Below, in pieces: positions 1-6,360 of a stretch of DNA of 26,465 bases. Below the pieces are notes generated by a model. That model was given only the letters and a program-made list of their open reading frames with translations. It was not told the DNA's origin and did not search any database. Source of the stretch: a virus. Taxonomy: Duplodnaviria > Caudoviricetes. The stretch is taken from positions 1 through 26,465 of IMG/VR virus record IMGVR_UViG_3300043443_000195; one strand, written 5' to 3'. The position numbers and the translations under genes were made by a program. Each line of letters begins with the position of its first letter. Position 1 is the stretch's first letter.

Positions 1-107
1 ACGTCTGACGGGTTGCCGTATCGCTGTGCTTTGCTGTGAAATTTGGTGCGTGTCTTGTCGGTCACTCGGACGACAAGAAACTTAGATTTCAGTTTGGTGG
101 TAGCCAT
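1..107 (-). CDS. Putative ribbon-helix-helix (Arc/CopG-like) DNA-binding protein, runs off window start
   Basis: Manual translation from ATG at 107: MATTKLKSKFLVVRVTDKTRTKFHSKAQRYGNPSDV. Alternating beta strand (FLVVRVT), helix, G-x-x-S turn fit the RHH pattern. Not in the ORF track. Confidence 0.6.
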   Translation of the reverse strand, partial: MATTKLKSKFLVVRVTDKTRTKFHSKAQRYGNPSD

Positions 108-138
108 GACAAAAATAAATTTTGGTTGCGTTGCACAA

Positions 139-169
139 AGTATAACATCATCTGCTACACTTGTGTCAA
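139..169 (-). promoter_or_regulatory. Candidate leftward sigma70 promoter for the RHH gene
   Basis: Minus strand TTGACA (169-164) and TG-T-TATACT extended -10 (147-139). The 19-nt spacer is long. AT-rich intergenic context. Confidence 0.45.
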
Positions 170-199
170 CAAATTTGAAAATTTATTTTTGGGGATGAA

Positions 200-352
200 A
201 TGAACTGCAAACACAGATGGGTTGAGAACTACTTCAACAAGTTACCACGCAAGCCCAATCACTACATGTTTTGGTGTACTCGATGCAGTCAAGCGCGGTT
301 TGCTGAATTGCTCACGCAAGAAAAAAGCCCCGACCTTGTGAGTCGGGGCTAA
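200..352 (+). CDS. 50-aa putative zinc-binding protein (CxH...CxxC)
   Basis: MNCKHRWVENYFNKLPRKPNHYMFWCTRCSQARFAELLTQEKSPDLVSRG*, with GGGGA upstream. Below the ORF-track cutoff. Confidence 0.6.
   Translation: MNCKHRWVENYFNKLPRKPNHYMFWCTRCSQARFAELLTQEKSPDLVSRG
318..350 (-). terminator. Intrinsic terminator on the minus strand
   Basis: 9-bp stem AGCCCCGAC/GTCGGGGCT (326-350) with the A-run on its left (321-326), giving a U-tail only for a leftward transcript. Confidence 0.7.
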
Positions 353-397
353 CCCAGAGAGGAGAATCCATGAAAAGCATGACAACTGCAATTGTCA
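320..397 (-). ncRNA. Candidate oop/CopA-like antisense RNA (~75-80 nt)
   Basis: Bounded by a minus-strand promoter (431-403) and a minus-strand terminator (350-318). No credible minus-strand gene lies between them. Confidence 0.45.
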
Positions 398-411
398 GAA
401 GGATTGTATGA
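370..411 (+). CDS. 13-aa leader peptide MKSMTTAIVRRIV coupled to the primase
   Basis: Strong SD GAGGAG (359-364) before ATG 370. Its TGA (409-411) overlaps the primase ATG (408-410) as ATGA. Confidence 0.45.
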   Translation: MKSMTTAIVRRIV

Positions 412-431
412 CAGCAACACCACAAGTACAA
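403..431 (-). promoter_or_regulatory. Antisense sigma70 promoter overlapping the primase start
   Basis: Minus strand TTGTAC (431-426), 17-nt spacer, TACAAT (408-403). Confidence 0.5.
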
Positions 432-2891
432 GCACATCCCGCATCCATCGATGCGTATATTAGACACGGGTGGTCCCTTGTGCCCATCCCTGCGGGCACC
501 AAGGGGCCGCGCACCCCGGGCTGGAACCTCAAGCCCAACGCCTTGAAGTCGCAGGCTGACCTGCCCATGGGCAACGGCATCGGCTTGGCCCACGCATACA
601 GCGGGACCATGGCGCTTGACATCGATGACTGGGACACCACCGCCATGCTGCTTGGGCTGCAAGGCATCGACATCCAAGCGCTCTACAACGCTAACGATGC
701 GGTCATCATCGACAGCGGGCGTGCGGGTCACGGCAAGCTGCTGTACGCGATGCCCTTGGGGCTGGCCCTGCCATCGAAGAAGATCATCACCAACGGTGAG
801 ACAACCTACGAACTGCGCTGTGCCACGGCCAACGGGTTGACGGTGCAGGATGTCTTGCCACCATCCATCCACCCCGACACCAAGCAACCCTATCACTGGG
901 CAGGTAAGGGTCATTGGATGCGCTTGCCCACGGTCCCCCAACCCCTGCTCGACTTGTGGCAGGGCATGATTGACCAAGATAAGGCAAGGACTATCAGCAC
1001 CGGCGACTCGATAGACGCGTCATGGGATGAGATTCGCAACGCCATCGAGTGCATCAACCCAAGCTGCTCCCGTGAAGAGTGGATCAGCGTGGGCATGGCC
1101 CTGCACTGGGCAGGTTCACAAACTGGCCAACTCGATCAGGCGTACCACCTGTGGCAAGAGTGGAGCATGCAGAGCGAGTCGAAGTACCCCGGCGACCGTG
1201 AGATCGCGCACCAGTGGTTGTCGTTCAAGACGGACAAGGCCACTGCTGTGAAGTTGGGAACTCTTTTTCACATTGCACGCAAGTCGGGGTGGACACGCCC
1301 CCTGCCTGATACCACCGCGCTCTTTGCCGCCGTGCAGACCGCGCCCATCGCACCCAAAGACATCATGGCTGGCCTGCGCCCTGCGCCACCTGACATGGAT
1401 ATTAGTATTTTCCCTAGTATCTTACAAACGCGTGCGAATGAGATCAGCGACAGCGTGGGGTGTGACCCCTTGGTGCCTTTGTTCGCAGGCTTGAGTGCGA
1501 TCTGTGGGGTCATTGACGCGCAGATGCGCCTTGAGTTGATGCCCGGCTTTAAGGTGCCACCGGTGCTGTGGTTGATGACCTTGGGTGACCCTGCCGACAA
1601 GAAATCCCCCGGCTCACGCCCGATGCTGGCACCACTCAAGAACCTTGAGGCAGAAGACCGCCCACGCTACCAAAAGGAACTGCTCGATTGGGAAGGCAAA
1701 GAGGCGGCATACGCTGCCGCTAAAAAGACGTTCCTTGAGTGGTCGGCCTCACCTGACGCCATGCTCGGTGGTGACCAAGCGCCAGCGGTGCCGGAGATGC
1801 CACCACAGCCTGTGCCTGTGAAGATCACGGTCAGCGACATCACCAGTCAGAAACTTGTGCGCCATGCGTCCGATCGTCCCCGTGGCCTGCTGTGCCACCT
1901 TGACGAGATGAACTCATGGGTGCGTAAGCTGACGGACAAGACGAGTGGTGAGGATCGTTCTGCATGGGTGGTCAGCTATGAGTCCGAACGCTATGAGATG
2001 GATCGCGTAGGCGCGGGGTCGATCCACTGCGAGAACTTGGCCGTGTCGATCTACGGGAACATCCAACCTGCGATTTTTAGGCAAAGCATCGCCTCTCTCG
2101 CAGCGGATGGCCTGTTACAACGGTTTATACCAGCAATTTTGCGCGGTAATAAAACGCGCCTTGGTCACCCCATCCCAGAGTACTTGACAGCCGCCGATGC
2201 GTGGGAAAACACGCTTCGATTGACCTTCGCGCTGCCACCACAGACCTACAAGCTGTCCCCCGATGCGTTCACCGTCTACCGTGAGTTCCAAGCATGGTAC
2301 GAAGGGGCCAAGCAGGATGAGCGCTTGCTGCACTCAGGGGATGTGTTTATGACTGCGTTCGGCAAGCTAGAGGGCACAGCGGGTCGGTTGATCTTGCTGT
2401 TCCACGTCATCGAGAACCCGTTCAATCTGGTGGTTGACGTTGATGTGGTTCGCAGGGTCATTCGCTTCGTCAAGGGTTACCTGATCCCTGCGTATCGCTA
2501 CGCCTTTGGCGAAGTGGGTGGCACGAACACGTTCGATGTCTGGGTCACAGACTACATCATCCACCACTGTGACAAGCAGACGATCACGCTGTCAGAGATC
2601 AAGCGCGGTGGTCGCAGACAGTTCGATGGCATCAGCCCATGGCAGCAGGATCAATGGGTGCTTGGGGCCATGCAGATGTTAGAGACTGCGGGGTGGGTGG
2701 TGCGAATGGATGACGGCACGCGAGAGAACCAGCACCATGCACAGTGGGCCATCAACCCTGCACTGGCGACAGAGTTTGCCGAGCACCGCAAGCAGGTGAT
2801 CGCGGCCAAGCAGCGCCAGCTTGATGAGATTTACAAACTCAGCACAAAAGAAAAGCCCCGTGTGTACGGGGCCGATGAGTTAGACGATTGA
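408..2891 (+). CDS. Bifunctional DNA primase/polymerase (Prim-Pol) + PriCT-2 + DUF3987-type helicase domain
   Basis: N-terminal GWSLVPIPAGTKGP, GIGL, ALDID and GHG motifs of AEP Prim-Pol. REEWISVGMALH...WQEWS...KY...W is PriCT-2-like. C-terminal LWLMTLGDPADKKS, DITSQKL, LDEM, DGLLQRF resemble DUF3987/YfjI P-loop domains. Confidence 0.9.
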   Translation: MTATPQVQAHPASIDAYIRHGWSLVPIPAGTKGPRTPGWNLKPNALKSQADLPMGNGIGLAHAYSGTMALDIDDWDTTAMLLGLQGIDIQALYNANDAVIIDSGRAGHGKLLYAMPLGLALPSKKIITNGETTYELRCATANGLTVQDVLPPSIHPDTKQPYHWAGKGHWMRLPTVPQPLLDLWQGMIDQDKARTISTGDSIDASWDEIRNAIECINPSCSREEWISVGMALHWAGSQTGQLDQAYHLWQEWSMQSESKYPGDREIAHQWLSFKTDKATAVKLGTLFHIARKSGWTRPLPDTTALFAAVQTAPIAPKDIMAGLRPAPPDMDISIFPSILQTRANEISDSVGCDPLVPLFAGLSAICGVIDAQMRLELMPGFKVPPVLWLMTLGDPADKKSPGSRPMLAPLKNLEAEDRPRYQKELLDWEGKEAAYAAAKKTFLEWSASPDAMLGGDQAPAVPEMPPQPVPVKITVSDITSQKLVRHASDRPRGLLCHLDEMNSWVRKLTDKTSGEDRSAWVVSYESERYEMDRVGAGSIHCENLAVSIYGNIQPAIFRQSIASLAADGLLQRFIPAILRGNKTRLGHPIPEYLTAADAWENTLRLTFALPPQTYKLSPDAFTVYREFQAWYEGAKQDERLLHSGDVFMTAFGKLEGTAGRLILLFHVIENPFNLVVDVDVVRRVIRFVKGYLIPAYRYAFGEVGGTNTFDVWVTDYIIHHCDKQTITLSEIKRGGRRQFDGISPWQQDQWVLGAMQMLETAGWVVRMDDGTRENQHHAQWAINPALATEFAEHRKQVIAAKQRQLDEIYKLSTKEKPRVYGADELDD

Positions 2892-2912
2892 GGGGCCGTT
2901 GGCCCCTTTTTT
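2891..2912 (+). terminator. Intrinsic terminator after the primase
   Basis: AGGGGCC-GTT-GGCCCCT followed by a T-run, at the junction of convergent genes. Confidence 0.75.
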
Positions 2913-3168
2913 ATGTGTTCTTCTCCTTGAGTTTGGCTTCAAAACCAACGACCGCCAACACAGACAGCTCTTTGAAGTCATCTGCATCCATTGTGATTGA
3001 CACGCTATGGTCTTTGCCAATGCCAACTGTGCTGGTCATCCAACCTTCACCGCAATACTCTGTCTTCTTGGCGGCTCGTTGAAAACCATTGCGGCGCACC
3101 AACTCAAACAGCAACTGCTCGTCTGAGAATGTCTCAATGCTTCGTTCCCATCTAGTATCTTTACTCAT
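2911..3168 (-). CDS. Hypothetical phage protein (85 aa)
   Basis: SD AAGGAG and ATGA overlap with the upstream gene. Last gene of the leftward operon. Confidence 0.75.
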   Translation of the reverse strand: MSKDTRWERSIETFSDEQLLFELVRRNGFQRAAKKTEYCGEGWMTSTVGIGKDHSVSITMDADDFKELSVLAVVGFEAKLKEKNT

Positions 3169-3452
3169 TTGTTTCTCCTTGCTCTGATCTTTGCGGCGAA
3201 AACTTCACGACCTTTTATGTCACTGTTTTCGCACAGTCTTGCACACGCTTCGTTCTCTTCCCTGACTGCTGCCTCTCGGGACTCGTGCAACTCGCGCATC
3301 ACCTCAATGACTGCTATCTCATGCTTGAGCATGATGGCTTTAATCATTTCGATGGGCGTCTCAATCATCGCCATCGCCGCCGCTTTGTTCTGGTCGGTTT
3401 CGTTTTGGGCTTTGATGATTGCCTCTTGGTGCAGTTTGCTTAGGGGTTTCAT
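3165..3452 (-). CDS. Hypothetical phage protein (95 aa)
   Basis: Start moved to ATG 3452, which follows SD GGAGAAG. C-terminal ENEACARLCE...AAKIRAR motif is typical of small phage accessory proteins. Confidence 0.75.
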   Translation of the reverse strand: MKPLSKLHQEAIIKAQNETDQNKAAAMAMIETPIEMIKAIMLKHEIAVIEVMRELHESREAAVREENEACARLCENSDIKGREVFAAKIRARRNK

Positions 3453-3496
3453 GTGTTCTTCTCCGGTATGGGTGTCAGGGGGAAAGGCCAAGTCAT
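3449..3496 (-). CDS. 15-aa micro-ORF MTWPFPLTPIPEKNT
   Basis: SD CAGGAG upstream. ATGA overlaps at both ends, exactly filling the gap between its neighbours. Confidence 0.5.
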   Translation of the reverse strand: MTWPFPLTPIPEKNT

Positions 3497-3717
3497 TGCA
3501 TCTTCTCCTGAATCTCTGATGTGTCGATCATCATCATTTGTTGGAAGTACACCACGAAGCTGGCGCGGGTGTCAGCGGGGAAGGGCATAAGGTTCACGCG
3601 GGTCATGGCCTCTTGCATGGCCGAGTTCCATCCGCTTACGAATACAAACTTCGCGGCGTCTTGGGGGTTGAGGCCAAGGTCACCATAAAGGCGGTCATAG
3701 TGTTCAAGTGCATTCAT
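3493..3717 (-). CDS. Hypothetical phage protein (74 aa)
   Basis: Fits the operon, has AAGGA upstream and is coupled to the downstream ORF. Confidence 0.7.
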   Translation of the reverse strand: MNALEHYDRLYGDLGLNPQDAAKFVFVSGWNSAMQEAMTRVNLMPFPADTRASFVVYFQQMMMIDTSEIQEKMQ

Positions 3718-3739
3718 TTTTCACAGTCCTTTTCAAAGA

Positions 3740-3816
3740 GGATCGATCGACATGACTCAATCGGTTTGAGTTTGCAGGGGCAAATTGAAACGGGATCGAT
3801 TGACATGACTCAATCG
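3740..3816. repeat. Two 24-bp direct repeats, each an interrupted palindrome (putative operators)
   Basis: GGATCGATCGACATGACTCAATCG (3740-3763) and GGATCGATTGACATGACTCAATCG (3793-3816). Core is CGATTGA-N6-TCAATCG, period 53 bp. Confidence 0.75.
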
Positions 3817-4082
3817 ACTTTTGTTGTCGATGGGCGGCCCCGCTTACCCGCTGGCTTGGGTGGTGTGGGCGCGGGCAAAAGGCCATCGAACACGGCGGGC
3901 GAGAACGTCTCAACGATGTTGAGCACATCGAGCAAACGCACCGCCGAGGCATTCGGGGCACGGGTGCCCGCGATCCATTTTTTGAACGTGAACACGGGAA
4001 CACCCATTAACGCGGCGGCGCGGTTTTCGTCAAGGCTTCGGCGCGTCATAAGGGCGATCAAATCGTTTTTGAATGGGTGCAT
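3810..4082 (-). CDS. Cro/XRE-like helix-turn-helix protein with a basic KRGRP tail
   Basis: LDENRAAALMGVPVFTFKKWIAGTRAPNASAVRLL matches the XRE HTH pattern. Pro-rich linker and AT-hook-like KRGRP at the C-terminus. Confidence 0.8.
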   Translation of the reverse strand: MHPFKNDLIALMTRRSLDENRAAALMGVPVFTFKKWIAGTRAPNASAVRLLDVLNIVETFSPAVFDGLLPAPTPPKPAGKRGRPSTTKVD

Positions 4083-4100
4083 AGGGTTAGGGCTTTCAAA

Positions 4101-4185
4101 GGGTTAAAAAAGCCCCTAGGGTCGATCCTAGGGGTGCGGGGTTAAAAAAGCCCCGGCACTGGGTGCCGGGGTGCTGGGGTTAAAA
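4101..4185 (-). terminator. Tandem pair of intrinsic terminators in a duplicated frame
   Basis: Minus strand CCCCGGCAC-CCA-GTGCCGGGG-CTTTTTT and CCCCTAGG-ATCGAC-CCTAGGGG-CTTTTTT, with near-identical flanks. Confidence 0.75.
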
Positions 4186-4242
4186 ATCTAAAAATGCTGC
4201 GATCAAATACGCGATGCAACACCCTACAAAGGCCGCGATCAT
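4180..4242 (-). CDS. 20-aa hydrophobic peptide MIAAFVGCCIAYLIAAFLDF
   Basis: ATGA overlap with the stop of 4239..4424. Its own stop lies immediately before the terminators. Confidence 0.5.
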   Translation of the reverse strand: MIAAFVGCCIAYLIAAFLDF

Positions 4243-4424
4243 GCGACGGCCCGGGCTTCGGCCCGGCCCCGTTCGATCAACGCGCGGGCTTCGGTTAAGT
4301 CCTTCGGGTTTTCACCCGATAGCATCGCGCGTATACGCTGGGCTTCGGCGCGGGCTTTGTCGGGGTTACTGGCCCGTTCGTATCGGTGCCCGGCTTCGAT
4401 ATAGGCGGATTCGGTGTGAGTCAT
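4239..4424 (-). CDS. Hypothetical phage protein (61 aa)
   Basis: SD GAAGGA and ATGA coupling. Ala/Arg/Glu-rich, probably helical. Confidence 0.7.
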   Translation of the reverse strand: MTHTESAYIEAGHRYERASNPDKARAEAQRIRAMLSGENPKDLTEARALIERGRAEARAVA

Positions 4425-4648
4425 TCAATTTTTCCTTCGGTTATTTGATCGATTAAATTTAGGGCTTCGGCTGCAGCCCCGGTGCGGTATCGGTCGGGCA
4501 TTGTTTTGATTTCCTCCAGCGCGGCCACCGCTTGACCTAATGCACGCTGCAGCGCGTCAACGCGTGCGAATAGTTTCGCGGTTTCGGTGTAGCCTTCGGC
4601 ATAGGCTAGCCGTTCTGCTTCGGCTGCGGTTAATGATTCGAAGTGCAT
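4421..4648 (-). CDS. Hypothetical helical phage protein (75 aa)
   Basis: SD AAGGGA, starts 3 nt after the upstream stop. Confidence 0.75.
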   Translation of the reverse strand: MHFESLTAAEAERLAYAEGYTETAKLFARVDALQRALGQAVAALEEIKTMPDRYRTGAAAEALNLIDQITEGKIE

Positions 4649-4651
4649 TTT

Positions 4652-5332
4652 TTATCCCTTCATTATTGGAATGACGCGCCGGGCTTTCGCGTCCGCGACG
4701 CGTGCGCGGGACCCGTGAGCACGAAAACCGATAATCACACCGCGATCAGCGCGGGCACATAGTCCGCACGTCTCGCACGTTACATTGTCCCGTGACTGGG
4801 CCGGGCAAACGATTATTGTGCGGCCCGCTGGGGTGTAGGTTTTCTCTGGGGTATCGCTGGGCACTATGCAGCACACCGGCCCGGCGTCCGCGTCGCTTAA
4901 CGCGTCCGCGTCGCCGGCGTCGTCCGCGCTTAAGTTAACTGTAAACCCCCAGCGCGTCGCGTGCGCGGCCCAGTGCAACCCGTCCGCTGATTTTTTGTGG
5001 GTGTAGGTAAACCCGCGACGGCCAATATTGGCCCGCACTATTTCCCCCAGTGCGGCCGCGTCGACGGTTTCCCCGGCGCCGGGTAAGTCCCCGGCTACAT
5101 TGTGTCGCCACAATTGACCCGGGGGTAACGCAGCGATTGACGCGCACAATTGATCAAGCGATCCACCGCGCTGCTCTACCTTATCCCATGACATGCGGGT
5201 ATAGTAGTCTTCGGCGTAACAGTCGCTGCGATAGTGCGGGCACGATGGCGGGCACGTTTCGCGCTGGGAATAAGTGACGGGTATCGGCCCGGTTTTTGTG
5301 TTCGCTGATTTTTTAATGAAGTGATATTTCAT
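4652..5332 (-). CDS. Cys-rich GP88-like protein, possibly radical-SAM/Fe-S related (226 aa)
   Basis: Start MKYHF at 5332 (ATGA overlap, SD GAAGGGGA). Motifs SANTKTG, CPPSCP-x5-CYA, WRHNVAGD, GFTYTHK, VNLSAD, CPAQ-x5-CETCGLC, IGFRAHG. Confidence 0.75.
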   Translation of the reverse strand: MKYHFIKKSANTKTGPIPVTYSQRETCPPSCPHYRSDCYAEDYYTRMSWDKVEQRGGSLDQLCASIAALPPGQLWRHNVAGDLPGAGETVDAAALGEIVRANIGRRGFTYTHKKSADGLHWAAHATRWGFTVNLSADDAGDADALSDADAGPVCCIVPSDTPEKTYTPAGRTIIVCPAQSRDNVTCETCGLCARADRGVIIGFRAHGSRARVADAKARRVIPIMKG

Positions 5333-5598
5333 AAAAAATCCCCTTCGATGTCGGCTTCGCGGTCGGCGCTGAAATAAAGCCCGCGCATCATTAAATTTTC
5401 GGCCCCGTATACTTTCGACGATCCGCAGTGCGGACAATCTGCGCGTTCTAGGTCCGGTTCTACACCGTCGACGAATTCCCCGCACGCGAGACAAAAACCC
5501 GTCGCGTTGTCGTTTTCGATTATTTCCAGCAAAACCGCGTCGCTGGGCATATATTGCATGCGGCCGTTTTTGGCCGTGTAGGTTTTTACGTGTTTCAT
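5329..5598 (-). CDS. Zinc-ribbon protein (89 aa)
   Basis: GFCLACGE...VEPD...CPHCG..KVYGAE, two CxxC pairs. Coupled on both sides. Confidence 0.8.
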   Translation of the reverse strand: MKHVKTYTAKNGRMQYMPSDAVLLEIIENDNATGFCLACGEFVDGVEPDLERADCPHCGSSKVYGAENLMMRGLYFSADREADIEGDFL

Positions 5599-5894
5599 TG
5601 TGCACCGCCTTCGATCAATTGTTTTTGCAATAATTCATTCACACCGCGAACGAGTGAGTCGATATCTTTCGCCCAGCGGTTCGCGCCCCCGGTGTAGTCC
5701 TGAACGTGCTGGGCCGTGCGATACATAAGCCCCAGCGATCCGCACGGTTCGGTGTTGACGTATACGTGCACCCCGTGCAGCGATATAAACCCGCTGCACC
5801 CGCGCTTATCTTGATTCACGCGGATATTTTTCAAAGCCACAACATGATCAGTCGAAAAACGGTTTTTTAGTTTAGTAGCTAATAACATAATCAA
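5595..5894 (-). CDS. Hypothetical phage protein (~99 aa)
   Basis: Overlaps both neighbours. Conserved-looking YRTA..VQDYTGGANRW motif. Start may be at 5888. Confidence 0.75.
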   Translation of the reverse strand: MIMLLATKLKNRFSTDHVVALKNIRVNQDKRGCSGFISLHGVHVYVNTEPCGSLGLMYRTAQHVQDYTGGANRWAKDIDSLVRGVNELLQKQLIEGGAQ

Positions 5895-6193
5895 GCCCCT
5901 TTTTTAGCAGAGACGCGGACCACTGCGAACGGTGCACCCGTGACAGTGTGTGCCTTGATCAGTTGACGCGACGGATTGAACCGCGCAGCGATCGCGGCCC
6001 AGTCGATCGAATCACGCCCGGCACAATGCGACACGGCTGCACGGTGCAAAGTGCCTTCGATCATGTCGCGGCCACTATCGGACAATATTGTTTTTAGTTC
6101 TTTCTCTTCTGCGGTCAACGCTGCAATTTCAGCCTTGATTAGTGCGAGACGGTCAACGGCTGCGCTTAACAGGGTGCGGTTATCGTTTTTCAT
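5891..6193 (-). CDS. Hypothetical protein with N-terminal coiled coil (100 aa)
   Basis: Start moved to ATG 6193 after SD GAAGGA. VDRLALIKAEIAALTAEEKELK heptads and an IDW motif. Confidence 0.8.
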   Translation of the reverse strand: MKNDNRTLLSAAVDRLALIKAEIAALTAEEKELKTILSDSGRDMIEGTLHRAAVSHCAGRDSIDWAAIAARFNPSRQLIKAHTVTGAPFAVVRVSAKKGA

Positions 6194-6219
6194 GGGTTTA
6201 AGTCCTTCAGGGTTACGGG

Positions 6220-6360
6220 TTACAAAGAGAAAAGAATCACGGTGCTCAAATACAGAGCACACCAAAACACTAACGCGCCCACAATAACCGCGAACCCGCT
6301 GGGTTCACGGGTTACGGGTGCGGGTGTGTAGTTCTCGCGGAATTGATCAAAGGGTTTCAT
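6220..6360 (-). CDS. 46-aa single-pass membrane protein, first gene of the leftward operon
   Basis: SD AGAGGA. MKPFDQFRENYTPAPVTREPSGFAVIVGALVFWCALYLSTVILFSL*. Missing from the ORF track. Confidence 0.7.
   Translation of the reverse strand: MKPFDQFRENYTPAPVTREPSGFAVIVGALVFWCALYLSTVILFSL

Noticed and set aside
3704-4003. 99-aa Cys/Arg-rich minus-strand ORF, and plus-strand 3538..4107
   Set aside because: Both overlap the better supported HTH gene in other frames.
5333-5605. N-terminal extension in the 317-aa call 4652..5605
   Set aside because: It overlaps the zinc-ribbon gene in another frame. The ATG at 5332 has an SD and an ATGA overlap.
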